64,000 nucleotides of DNA, taken from the NCBI GenBank assembly GCA_035776635.1, contig DASTWI010000020.1:3483-67482 (forward strand). The letters are read 5' to 3'. This stretch comes from Sphingomonas sp. (GTDB lineage: Bacteria; Pseudomonadota; Alphaproteobacteria; Sphingomonadales; Sphingomonadaceae). Numbering within the stretch: position 1 is the stretch's first letter; each line of letters begins with the position of its first letter. Shown here piece by piece: positions 28,380 to 37,670 of this stretch. A program made the position numbers and the translations under genes. Under the pieces are notes generated by a model, which did no database searches, had not been told where the DNA came from, and was given only the letters and a program-made list of their open reading frames with translations.

Positions 28380-29534
28380 ATGAAAGCCTTGATCGCCGCA
28401 CCGGCCGCCATAATCCTTCTGTCGACCCCGACCATGGCGGAGGCGCCGCCCTTCGACACCCCGGCGACGGTAGCGTTCATGAAGGACTTGTCGTCGGGCG
28501 CGGTGCTCTATGCCAAGAACCCCGACCAGCGCGTCCCCCCGGCGTCGCTCGCCAAGACGATGACCGTCTATGTCGTGTTCGACATGATCAAGCATGGCGA
28601 CGTCAAGCTCGACCAGATGATCACCTTCCGGCCCGACACCTGGAAGAAATGGCACAGCCAGGGTTCGACGATGTTCATCTCGCCCAACGAGAGCATCAGC
28701 GTCGCCAACCTGCTCTACGGCATCATCACCTTGTCGGGGAACGACGCCTGCGTCGATCTCGCCGAGGGCGTGTCGGGCACCGAGGCCGCGTTCGTCCAGC
28801 GGATGAACGCCGAGGCGAAGAAGCTCGGCATGACCAACAGCCATTTCGGCACCTCGAACGGCTGGCCGGACGAGGGCGTCACCTATGTCACCGCGCGCGA
28901 CATGGTGACGCTGGCGACCGCGACGATCCAGAATTTCCCGAAACTCTACAAGCAGTTCTACGCCAAGCCCGACTTCACCTGGGGCCAGACGATGGGCGGC
29001 GAGGCGATCACGCAGGAGAATCGCGACCCGCTACTCGGCCGCGTCGCCGGGGCGGACGGGCTCAAGACCGGCCATACCGAGGAATCGGGCTACAGCGTGG
29101 TCGGCTCGGCCGAGCAGGACGGCCGCCGCCTCGTCATGATGATGAGCGGGATGCAGAGCTTCAACCAGCGGATCGAGCAGTCGGTCGCGTTCATGAACTG
29201 GGGCTTCCGCGCGTGGCAGGCGCGGCCGATCGTCGCCAAGGGCAAGCTGGTCGAGAAGGCTGCGGTGCAGGGCGGCGATTCGTCGACCGTGGCGCTGGTC
29301 GCGCCCGAGGACATCAAGGTGACGGTGCCCTCCGGTTCGTCGCCCGACATGCAGATCAAGGTGGTCTATCAGGGCCCGATCCAGGCGCCGATCAAGGCGG
29401 GCGACCACGTCGCCGACCTCGTCGTCACCACGCCGGATACCGGCGCGCAGACCATGCCGCTGGTCGCCGCGAACGACGTCGGCAAGGCCGGCTTCTTCCG
29501 CCGCGCGTGGAACGGCCTGCTGTCGCTGCTGTGA
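28380..29534 (+). CDS. dacA: D-alanyl-D-alanine carboxypeptidase
   Basis: SLAK (SxxK), SGN and KTG motifs; signal peptide. Confidence 0.93.
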   Translation: MKALIAAPAAIILLSTPTMAEAPPFDTPATVAFMKDLSSGAVLYAKNPDQRVPPASLAKTMTVYVVFDMIKHGDVKLDQMITFRPDTWKKWHSQGSTMFISPNESISVANLLYGIITLSGNDACVDLAEGVSGTEAAFVQRMNAEAKKLGMTNSHFGTSNGWPDEGVTYVTARDMVTLATATIQNFPKLYKQFYAKPDFTWGQTMGGEAITQENRDPLLGRVAGADGLKTGHTEESGYSVVGSAEQDGRRLVMMMSGMQSFNQRIEQSVAFMNWGFRAWQARPIVAKGKLVEKAAVQGGDSSTVALVAPEDIKVTVPSGSSPDMQIKVVYQGPIQAPIKAGDHVADLVVTTPDTGAQTMPLVAANDVGKAGFFRRAWNGLLSLL

Positions 29535-30160
29535 GCCGCGGCCGCTTCATCTCGCTCGAGGGCGGGGAGGGGGCCGGCAAGTCCACGCAGGCGACACGGC
29601 TGGCCGAGGCGCTGGCCGCACGCGGCATCGAGACGCTGGTGACGCGCGAGCCCGGCGGCAGCGAGGGCGCCGAGGCGATCCGGTCGCTCCTCATGCAGGG
29701 AGCCGTGACGCGGTGGAGCGCGCATAGCGAGGCGCTGCTGTTCGCCGCGGCGCGCGCGGATCATGTCGAAAAGCGCATCAGCCCCGCGCTCGGCGCCGGC
29801 CTGTGGGTGATCTCCGATCGCTTTATCGATTCGAGCCGCGCCTATCAGGGCCTCGCCGGCGGGATCGACGACGCCGCGATCCTCGCGCTGCACGGCTTCG
29901 GCTCGCGCGGCCTGCTCCCCGACCGCACCTTCGTCCTCGAAGTGCCGCACGACGAGGGCGCGGCGCGCGCGACCGGGCGCGACGGCGCCGCCGCCGACCG
30001 CTTCGCCGCGCGGGGGGAGGGGTTCCACGCCGACGTCGCCGCAGCCTTCCGCCGCTTCGCCGCCGACGAGCCCGACCGCATCCGCCTGATCGACGCAACC
30101 GGCACGCCCGAGGCCGTCACCATGCGCCTGCTCACCGGCCTCGCCGACCTGCTGCCATGA
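29531..30160 (+). CDS. tmk: Thymidylate kinase
   Basis: FISLEGGEGAGKST, TREPGG and DRFIDSSRAYQG motifs. Confidence 0.96.
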   Translation: MSRGRFISLEGGEGAGKSTQATRLAEALAARGIETLVTREPGGSEGAEAIRSLLMQGAVTRWSAHSEALLFAAARADHVEKRISPALGAGLWVISDRFIDSSRAYQGLAGGIDDAAILALHGFGSRGLLPDRTFVLEVPHDEGAARATGRDGAAADRFAARGEGFHADVAAAFRRFAADEPDRIRLIDATGTPEAVTMRLLTGLADLLP

Positions 30161-31227
30161 CGCCACTCGTCGGCAACGCCCGCGCGCAGCAGACCTTTCT
30201 CGCCGCGATGCATAGCGGCGCGCTCCACCACGCCTGGCTGTTCGCCGGCCCGCAAGGCGTGGGGAAGGGCGCCTTCGCCCGCTTGGCGGCGATGCGGATG
30301 CTGGCGGAAGCCGCCGGCGATCTCCCCCCTTCGTCACCCCGGCCCCCGAGCCGGGGTGAGGCTTCTTCTTTTTCTTTAGAGGAAGAAGGCAGCCCAACCC
30401 CGGGTCAAGCCCGGGGTGACGAGGTAGGAACTCTCGAAGTCCCCGAAGGCACCCGAACCCGCTCCCTCATCGAAGCCGGCTCACACCCCGATTACCGCGT
30501 GCTCGGGCGCTTGCCCAAGGATCCCGACAAGCCCGGCGAGGATCTCGCCCGCTCGATCCCGATCGCGCAGGTCCGCAGCCTGCAGCCGCTGTTCGCGACC
30601 ACGCCGTCGCTGTCGCCGCGCCGCGTCGTCATCATCGACGCGATCGACGACCTCGAGCGCGCCGCCGCCAATGCGCTCCTTAAGAACCTCGAGGAGCCGC
30701 CCGCCGGCACCATCTTCCTGCTCGTCAGCCACGCGCCCGGCCGCCTGCTGCCGACGATCCGCTCGCGCTGCCGTATCCTGCGCTTCGAGCCGCTGCCGGC
30801 GGACGTGCTGGCCGACGAGCTCGCCCGCCGCCTGCCCGACGCCCCGCGCGAGGAGATCGCCGCGGTCGTCGCCAGCGCCAAGGGCTCGCTCGGCCGCGCG
30901 CTCGATTTCGCCGGCCTCGACATCTCCGGCCTCGAAAAGGCGCTGCACACCATCGCGGCCACCGGCGACCCGACCAACGCCGAACGCTCTGCCCTCGCGA
31001 AGAGCCTCGCCCTCAAGGCCCAGCAACACCGCTACGAAGCCTTCCTCGACCGCGCCCCCGCCTTCATCGCCGAAGCCGCAACGACGCGGGCAGGGGAGGC
31101 CCTGCGCACCGCCCTCGACGCCCACGAAGCCGCCCGCGCGCTGGCGGCAAGCGCCCGCGGCCTGTCGCTCGACCAGCGGGCGAGCGTGTATGAGATGGCG
31201 GGGCTGGTGGCGCGGTTGAGCCGCTAG
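30157..31227 (+). CDS. holB: DNA polymerase III subunit delta-prime with an in-frame repeat-derived insertion
   Basis: HHAWLFAGPQGVGK, GSHPD, NALLKNLEEPP, LLPTIRSRC; lies between tmk and metG. Confidence 0.93.
   Translation: MTPLVGNARAQQTFLAAMHSGALHHAWLFAGPQGVGKGAFARLAAMRMLAEAAGDLPPSSPRPPSRGEASSFSLEEEGSPTPGQARGDEVGTLEVPEGTRTRSLIEAGSHPDYRVLGRLPKDPDKPGEDLARSIPIAQVRSLQPLFATTPSLSPRRVVIIDAIDDLERAAANALLKNLEEPPAGTIFLLVSHAPGRLLPTIRSRCRILRFEPLPADVLADELARRLPDAPREEIAAVVASAKGSLGRALDFAGLDISGLEKALHTIAATGDPTNAERSALAKSLALKAQQHRYEAFLDRAPAFIAEAATTRAGEALRTALDAHEAARALAASARGLSLDQRASVYEMAGLVARLSR
30331..30422. repeat. 92-bp palindromic element (TCGTCACCCCGG...CCGGGGTGACGA) inside holB
   Basis: 12-bp perfect terminal inverted repeats, two GC hairpins and an AT-rich centre. 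Confidence 0.85.
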
Positions 31228-31230
31228 AGC

Positions 31231-31611
31231 TTAGCGCCAGTCATCAGTGTAATCTCGGACTGGGTTGAGACGCTCGGTTAGGCGAGCAATCCCATTTTGT
31301 AGGTCATATGACTGACTTTGGAGCTGCTGAACCTGCTGTTCCAGCAATTGAGCACGCCGTTCAGTAATTAGTGCGAAGGTATGTGTCTCGAATAAAGCTT
31401 TTTCGGTGGACCACTGAATGACACCGGACAAACTGAAAATTACTATGGCTAATGCGACGTGAGAACCTGTCATGCCAAACCAGATGAGGCATGGAAGGAA
31501 CGGTAGTCCGGAAAACAGAGAGGCTCTGCGCACCCATTTCCGGTCTTCTTTGCGGTCCCTAATGATGGCGCTAGCGTTGATGTCGCCGTCGACTGACCCC
31601 CACTCGTCCAT
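31231..31611 (-). CDS. Low-GC hypothetical protein (two hydrophobic segments, C-terminal coiled coil)
   Basis: 126-aa ORF filling the gap between holB and metG; GGAG ribosome-binding site; 25/60 GC at 31381-31440. Confidence 0.65.
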   Translation of the reverse strand: MDEWGSVDGDINASAIIRDRKEDRKWVRRASLFSGLPFLPCLIWFGMTGSHVALAIVIFSLSGVIQWSTEKALFETHTFALITERRAQLLEQQVQQLQSQSYDLQNGIARLTERLNPVRDYTDDWR

Positions 31612-31742
31612 GCTTCATCTCCATATCGGGTTCCCGGTCTAGTGGGAGCTTGGTTTCTATCCCGTTAGCTCGGCATATTGCATTTAGAATGTTCTCGTCT
31701 CGTCCCCTTTGCCCCCGCCCATCAATCGGCTAACAGCCGCGC

Positions 31743-33302
31743 ATGGCCGAGCCCTATTACATCACCACCGCGATCAATTATCCCAATGGCCGCCCGCATA
31801 TCGGCCATGCCTATGAGGCGATCGCCGCCGACGCGATCGCGCGCTTTCACCGCCAGGCGGGGCGTGACGTGCGCTTCCAGACCGGCACCGACGAGCACGG
31901 CCTCAAGATGGTCCAGACCGCGCGCGCCCGCGGCGTCGAGGTGCGCGCGCTCGCCGACGAAATGTCGGGATATTTTCAGGAGATGGCGGCGAAACTGAAC
32001 ATCTTGTACGATCGCTTCATCCGCACCGTCGAGCCCGATCACCACGCCGCCAGCCGGGCGCTGTGGAAAGCGATGGAGGTCGCCGGCGACCTTTATCTCG
32101 ATCGCTACGAGGGCTGGTATTCGGTTCGCGACGAGGCGTTCTACGATGAGAAGGAACTGGTCGACGGGGAAGGGGGCAAGCTCTCGCCCAACGGCACGCC
32201 GGTCGAATGGACCGCCGAGGAAACCTGGTTCTTCGGCCTCTCGAAATACCAGCAGAAGCTGCTCGACCATTACGCCGCCCACCCCGAGTTCATCCAGCCC
32301 GAGAGCCGCCGCAACGAGATCCTCCGCTTCGTCGAGGGCGGCCTGTCGGACCTCTCGGTCTCGCGCACCAGCTTCGATTGGGGCGTCAAGGTGCCGGGCA
32401 GCGACGGCCACGTCATGTACGTCTGGGTCGATGCGCTGACCAATTACATCACCGGCCTCGGCTATCCCGATACGAGCGGCGATTTCGCGCGCTGGTGGCC
32501 CGCCGACCTCCATTTGATCGGCAAGGACATCGTCCGCTTCCACAGCGTCTATTGGCCCGCGTTCCTGATGTCGGCGGGGCTGGCGCTGCCCAAGGCAGTC
32601 TTCGGCCACGGCTTCGTCCTCAACCGCGGCGAGAAGATGTCGAAATCGACCGGCAACATCGTCGATCCGATCGAGCTCGCCGACCGCTTCGGCGTCGATG
32701 CGCTGCGCTATTTCCTGTTGCGCGACATCAGCTTCGGGCAGGATGGCAGCTTCTCGGCCGAAGCGATTGTAACACGAGCCAATTCCGATCTCGCCAACAG
32801 CTTCGGCAATCTCGCCCAGCGCACGCTGACGCAGATCTTCAAGAATCTCGGCGGCGGCCTGCCCGAAATCCACGGCCACAACGACGCCGACAACGCGCTG
32901 TTCGATGTGGTTTGCAAGGCCGTGGAGACAACCATCCCGCAAGCCTATGCCGATCTCGCGCTCAGCCAGGCGACCGAGGCGTGGGTGCAGGCGGTGTTCG
33001 CGTGCAACGCCTATATCGACGAGCAGGCGCCCTGGGCGCTGCGCAAGACCGACCCCGAGCGGATGGAGACGGTGCTGGCGACGCTCTATATTGCGATCGC
33101 GATGTTGGCCGTGGCGATCCGCCCGGTGATCCCGGCGAGCGCCGACACGCTGCTCGATACGATGGGCGTCGCGCCGGAACTGCGCAGTTTCGAGGGCATC
33201 GTCAGCCACTGGTATTCGCCGCTCGCCGAAAGCGACTTCACGCTCGCCCAGCCGACGCCGCTGTTCCCGCGGCTCGAACTGCCCGAGGAGGCCGCCGCCT
33301 GA
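31743..33302 (+). CDS. metG: Methionine--tRNA ligase (short form)
   Basis: YPNGRPHIGH, TGTDEHG, YVWVDAL and KMSKS motifs. Confidence 0.97.
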   Translation: MAEPYYITTAINYPNGRPHIGHAYEAIAADAIARFHRQAGRDVRFQTGTDEHGLKMVQTARARGVEVRALADEMSGYFQEMAAKLNILYDRFIRTVEPDHHAASRALWKAMEVAGDLYLDRYEGWYSVRDEAFYDEKELVDGEGGKLSPNGTPVEWTAEETWFFGLSKYQQKLLDHYAAHPEFIQPESRRNEILRFVEGGLSDLSVSRTSFDWGVKVPGSDGHVMYVWVDALTNYITGLGYPDTSGDFARWWPADLHLIGKDIVRFHSVYWPAFLMSAGLALPKAVFGHGFVLNRGEKMSKSTGNIVDPIELADRFGVDALRYFLLRDISFGQDGSFSAEAIVTRANSDLANSFGNLAQRTLTQIFKNLGGGLPEIHGHNDADNALFDVVCKAVETTIPQAYADLALSQATEAWVQAVFACNAYIDEQAPWALRKTDPERMETVLATLYIAIAMLAVAIRPVIPASADTLLDTMGVAPELRSFEGIVSHWYSPLAESDFTLAQPTPLFPRLELPEEAAA

Positions 33303-34081
33303 TGCTTGCCGACAGCCATTGCCATCTCAATTACAAAGGGTTGGCTGAAGAACAGCAAGCGGTGCTCGAACGCGCCCGGGCCCGCGGCGTGACGGCGATG
33401 CTCAACATCTCGACCCGCGAGAGCGAGTGGAACGACGTCCTCGCCACCGCGACGCGCGAGCCCGACGTGTGGGCCACCGTCGGCATTCACCCGCACGAGG
33501 CCGACCAGCATCCGCATGTCGATACCGCCAAGCTCGTCGAACGCGCGCGGCACCCGCGCGTCGTCGGCATCGGCGAAAGCGGGCTCGATTATTATTACGA
33601 CCATAGCGACCGCGCCCGCCAGCAGGCGAGCTTCCGCGCGCACATCGCCGCCGCGCGCGAGACCGGCCTGCCGCTCGTCGTCCACACTCGCGACGCCGAG
33701 GAAGACACCGCCGCGATCCTCAGCGACGAAATGGGGAAGGGGGCCTATCCGGGCGTCATCCACTGTTTCACCGCGAGCCAGGCGTTCGCCGACATCGCGC
33801 TCGATCTCGGCTTCTACATCTCGATCTCGGGCATCGTCACGTTCAAGAACGCCAAGGACCTGCAGGCGACCGCGGCCCAGCTCCCGATCGAGCGCCTGTT
33901 GATCGAGACCGACGCGCCCTTCCTCGCGCCCGTGCCGCATCGCGGCAAGACCGGCGAGCCGAGCTTCGTCGCCGACACCGCGGCGTTCCTCGCCGATCTC
34001 CGCGGCGAAGAAGTCGAGCAACTGAAGGACGTTACGGCGCGAAACTTCCACGCGCTCTTCGCCAAAACGGCGGCTGCGTGA
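33302..34081 (+). CDS. tatD: TatD family hydrolase
   Basis: DSHCH, GIHPH, IGESGLDY, VHTR and IETDAPFLAP motifs. Confidence 0.95.
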   Translation: MLADSHCHLNYKGLAEEQQAVLERARARGVTAMLNISTRESEWNDVLATATREPDVWATVGIHPHEADQHPHVDTAKLVERARHPRVVGIGESGLDYYYDHSDRARQQASFRAHIAAARETGLPLVVHTRDAEEDTAAILSDEMGKGAYPGVIHCFTASQAFADIALDLGFYISISGIVTFKNAKDLQATAAQLPIERLLIETDAPFLAPVPHRGKTGEPSFVADTAAFLADLRGEEVEQLKDVTARNFHALFAKTAAA

Positions 34082-34842
34082 AGGTCCGCATCCTCGGCTC
34101 GGGAACCTCGTCGGGGGTGCCGCGGATCGGCAACGATTGGGGCGCGTGCGATCCGAACGAGCCGCGGAACCGCCGCACCCGCGTGTCGATCCTGGTCGAG
34201 ACCGCGACGACGCGCATCCTGGTCGACACCACTCCCGACATGCGCGAGCAGCTGCTTGCGGCCAACGTCTCGGACGTCGATGCGGTCATCTGGACCCACG
34301 ACCATGCCGACCATTGCCACGGCATCGACGACCTTCGCCAAATCTATCACCTGCGCGGCGCCCCGGTGCGCGGCTTCGCCCGGCCAGACACGCTGGCGGC
34401 GCTGGTCGAGCGCTTCGCTTATGTCTTCAACGGCCGCGACGGCTATCCTTCTAGCGTCGCCGCCGAACCGCTGCCGGATATGCTGACGATCGGCGATATC
34501 CGTCTGCGTGTCGTCGATCAGCCGCACGGATCGATCACCAGCGCCGGCCTGCGCTTCGAGTCGAGTGGAAAGACGGTCGGTTATGCAACCGATTTCAGCG
34601 ACATGACCGACGATATGAAGGCGTTGTATCAAGGTTGCGACCTGTGGATCGCCGATGCGCTGCGCCGCCGCCCGCATCCGACCCATTCCACGCTCGAAGA
34701 CGTGCTCGGCTGGGCCGGGGAGCTCGCGGTCGGCCATAGCGTGCTGATCCACATGGACAATTCGATGGATTACCGGACTCTCGCGGCCGAACTGCCGCCG
34801 CGGGTCGAGCCCGGCTATGACGGACTGGAACTGGTGCCGTGA
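34078..34842 (+). CDS. MBL-fold metallohydrolase (PhnP-like)
   Basis: LGSGTSSGVP and THDHADHCHG motifs. Confidence 0.92.
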   Translation: MKVRILGSGTSSGVPRIGNDWGACDPNEPRNRRTRVSILVETATTRILVDTTPDMREQLLAANVSDVDAVIWTHDHADHCHGIDDLRQIYHLRGAPVRGFARPDTLAALVERFAYVFNGRDGYPSSVAAEPLPDMLTIGDIRLRVVDQPHGSITSAGLRFESSGKTVGYATDFSDMTDDMKALYQGCDLWIADALRRRPHPTHSTLEDVLGWAGELAVGHSVLIHMDNSMDYRTLAAELPPRVEPGYDGLELVP

Positions 34843-35459
34843 ACGACACCGGCGCCAACGCCTTGTTCCTGGCGCTGCTGCTGATCCTGCCGCTGTCGTC
34901 GTTGCTCGCACGCCGGCTGCCGCTGCGCAGCGTCGTCAAGATGACGCTCGCCTGGATCGCGATCTTCGCCGTGGCGCTGGTCGTCATCGCCGGACGGCAC
35001 CAACTCGCCGCCGGCTGGTCGGCGATCACGCGGACGATCATCGGCGACGACCAGAGCGTCACCGGCGGCACGGTGCGGATCGGCAAGGCCGACGACGGCC
35101 ATTTCTGGGCGACCGCGACGATCAATGGGGTCCGGCGGCGGATGCTGATCGACAGTGGCGCGACCTATACCGCGATTTCCAGCGGCACCGCTGCAGCCGC
35201 GCAGCTCGATCTCGGCGAAAGCCCGTTCGGATCGATCCTGTCGACTGCCAACGGCGACATCGCGGTTACGCGCGCGACGGTCGGCACGCTCGAGGTCGGC
35301 TCGATCACCACGCACGACCTGCCGGTGGTCGTCTCGCCGGCGTTCGGCGACACCGACGTGCTCGGCATGAACTTCCTGTCGCGCTTGGAAAGCTGGCGCG
35401 TCGAGGGGGACACGCTGATTCTCCAACCGGCCCCGGGCAGCGGAGTTAATTTAACATAA
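34839..35459 (+). CDS. Membrane-anchored retropepsin-like (clan AA, TIGR02281-type) aspartyl protease
   Basis: Two TM helices, DGHFW, LIDSGAT, VLGMNFL. The last codons overlap the dif site. Confidence 0.88.
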   Translation: MNDTGANALFLALLLILPLSSLLARRLPLRSVVKMTLAWIAIFAVALVVIAGRHQLAAGWSAITRTIIGDDQSVTGGTVRIGKADDGHFWATATINGVRRRMLIDSGATYTAISSGTAAAAQLDLGESPFGSILSTANGDIAVTRATVGTLEVGSITTHDLPVVVSPAFGDTDVLGMNFLSRLESWRVEGDTLILQPAPGSGVNLT

Positions 35460-35476
35460 TGTATATTATCGGACTT
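35449..35476 (-). other. dif site (XerC/XerD chromosome dimer resolution site)
   Basis: Minus strand reads AAGTCCGATAA-TATACA-TTATGTTAAAT. The right arm is identical to the E. coli XerD arm TTATGTTAAAT; 11-6-11 geometry. Confidence 0.92.
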
Positions 35477-35484
35477 TGTGTGAG

Positions 35485-36261
35485 ATGAATCCGGAGCCCC
35501 CCTGCCGCCCGATCGATCGCCTTCTGGCCGTCATGGCGCGGCTGCGCGATCCGATGCGCGGCTGCGAATGGGACACGGTCCAGACCTTCGCGACGATCGC
35601 GCCGTACACGATCGAAGAAGCTTATGAGGTCGCCGACGCGATCCAGCGTGACGACATGGCCGAGCTCAAGGATGAGCTCGGCGATCTGCTGCTCCAGGTC
35701 GTGTTCCACGCCCGCATGGCCGAGGAATCGGGGCTGTTCGGCTTCGACGACGTCGCCACCGCGATCGCCGACAAGATGGAGCGCCGCCACCCGCACATCT
35801 TCGGCGATCGCGCCGAGGGCGGCCATCATCTGTGGGAGCAGATCAAGGCCGAGGAGCGCGCCGCCAGGGGCAAGCCGGACGCGCCGACAAGCGCGCTCGA
35901 CGGCGTCGCGCTCGGCCTGCCGGCGCTGCTCCGCGCCGAAAAGCTCCAGAAGCGCGCCGCGCACACCGGCTTCGACTGGCCCGACCCATCCGGCGCGCGC
36001 GCCAAGATCGACGAAGAGCTCGCCGAAGTGGAGACCGCCGCCACCGCAGCCGAACGCGAGGAGGAAATCGGCGACCTGCTGTTCGCCGTGGTCAACTGGG
36101 CGCGCAAGCTCGGCATCGATCCCGAAGCCGCGCTGCGCGCCGCCAACACCAAATTCGAACGCCGCTTCCGCGCGATGGAGCAGACTGCCGGCGACGCTTT
36201 CGCCGCGCTCGACCTCGACGCCAAGGAGGCGCTGTGGGTCAGCGCGAAGAAGGGCGGATAG
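35485..36261 (+). CDS. mazG: Nucleoside triphosphate pyrophosphohydrolase MazG
   Basis: LRDP..GCEWD, IEEAYEV, ELGDLLLQVVFH and EEIGDLLF motifs. Confidence 0.95.
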   Translation: MNPEPPCRPIDRLLAVMARLRDPMRGCEWDTVQTFATIAPYTIEEAYEVADAIQRDDMAELKDELGDLLLQVVFHARMAEESGLFGFDDVATAIADKMERRHPHIFGDRAEGGHHLWEQIKAEERAARGKPDAPTSALDGVALGLPALLRAEKLQKRAAHTGFDWPDPSGARAKIDEELAEVETAATAAEREEEIGDLLFAVVNWARKLGIDPEAALRAANTKFERRFRAMEQTAGDAFAALDLDAKEALWVSAKKGG

Positions 36262-36273
36262 AACAGAGCTTCC

Positions 36274-36350
36274 GTGCTCCTGCGAAAGCAGGAGCCCAGG
36301 GAACAAGCGGCGTTCCCCGAGATTCTGGGCTCCTGCTTTCGCAGGAGCAC
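36274..36350. repeat. REP-like doublet, family A, between convergent mazG and hflX (likely bidirectional terminator/stabiliser)
   Basis: Perfect 26-bp inverted arms GTGCTCCTGCGAAAGCAGGAGCCCAG. Confidence 0.85.
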
Positions 36351-36371
36351 CGTTTTCATCAAAACATCGGG

Positions 36372-37670
36372 CTACGACCCCGCAAACCGGGTCGCGAAGC
36401 GCTCGTAATCCGCGGGCGCCATCCGCACTTCGTAGACCGTCCGGTCGCCCTCGACCTCCTGCTCCAGCACTGCGCCATGCTGGTGCAGCCATGCCGCGCC
36501 GGCGCCGTCGGCGGGGTCGAGCGCGATGCGATAGCGGCGGTGGCCGGCGGTGAGCTTCGCCGCGACCTGGTCAAGCAGGCGATCGACCCCCTCCCCGGTC
36601 AGCGCCGACACCGCGACGACGTCATCGCGCCGCGCGGCTTCGGCGATCACCTCGGCGCGCCGCTCGGGTTCGAGCAGGTCGAGCTTGTTCCACGCCTCGA
36701 TCCGCGGCGTGGTCTCCTCGACGCCGATCTCGCCGAGCACCGCCTCGACATCGGCGCGCTGCGCCTCGCTGTCGGGATGCGCGATGTCGCGGACGTGGAT
36801 CAGGAGGTCGGCCGAGACCACCTCCTCCAGCGTCGCCTTGAACGCGGCGACGAGCTGGGTCGGCAGCTCGGAGACGAACCCCACCGTGTCGGACAGGATC
36901 GCCTTGTCGATGCCGGGCAGCGAAATCTGCCGCAGCGTCGGGTCGAGTGTTGCGAACAGCAAATCTTCCGCCATGACGTCGGCGCCGGTCAAGCGGTTGA
37001 ACAGCGTCGATTTTCCGGCATTGGTATAGCCGACCAGCGCGATTACCGGCCACGGCGCGCGCTGCCGCCGCTCGCGGTGCAGCCCGCGCGTGCGCTTGAC
37101 CTGGTCGAGTTCGCGCCTCAGCCGCGCCATGCGGTCGCGGATCAGCCGGCGGTCGGCCTCGATCTGCGTCTCGCCGGGGCCGCCGAGAAAGCCGAAGCCG
37201 CCGCGCTGGCGTTCAAGGTGCGTCCAGCTCCGTACCAGCCGCCCCGCCTGATAGTCGAGGTGCGCGAGCTCGACCTGCAGCCGCCCCTCGGCGGTCGCGG
37301 CGCGTTCGCCGAAGATCTCGAGGATCAGTCCGGTGCGGTCGATCACCTTGGCTTCGAGCGCGGTTTCGAGGTTGCGCTGCTGCACCGGCGTCAGCGCGGC
37401 GTCGAATACGACCAGCCCCGCCTCCTCCATCCGCACGTTGGCGGCGAGCGCCTCGACCTGGCCCGAGCCGATCAGCGTCGCCGGCTTGGGATTGCGCACG
37501 CGGAGCGCGACGGTGTCGGCGACGACCACGCCGATCGCCGCGGCCAGCCCGGCGGTCTCCTCGAGCCGCGCGTCGGCGTCGCGGCGCGACTCGCCCTGGT
37601 CGGGATAGACGACGATCGCGCGAGCGCCGCGCGCGAATTCGCCGCGGTCGCGTTCGAACCCTGTGCTCAA
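36372..37670 (-). CDS. hflX: GTPase HflX
   Basis: [36 protein letters not shown] and NKLD motifs. Confidence 0.97.
   Translation of the reverse strand: MSTGFERDRGEFARGARAIVVYPDQGESRRDADARLEETAGLAAAIGVVVADTVALRVRNPKPATLIGSGQVEALAANVRMEEAGLVVFDAALTPVQQRNLETALEAKVIDRTGLILEIFGERAATAEGRLQVELAHLDYQAGRLVRSWTHLERQRGGFGFLGGPGETQIEADRRLIRDRMARLRRELDQVKRTRGLHRERRQRAPWPVIALVGYTNAGKSTLFNRLTGADVMAEDLLFATLDPTLRQISLPGIDKAILSDTVGFVSELPTQLVAAFKATLEEVVSADLLIHVRDIAHPDSEAQRADVEAVLGEIGVEETTPRIEAWNKLDLLEPERRAEVIAEAARRDDVVAVSALTGEGVDRLLDQVAAKLTAGHRRYRIALDPADGAGAAWLHQHGAVLEQEVEGDRTVYEVRMAPADYERFATRFAGS

Noticed and set aside
35446-35465. TTAA motifs as a CtrA box, or a loxP-like site
   Set aside because: There is no TTAA-N7-TTAA spacing. 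The AT-rich dyad is fully explained by the dif consensus.
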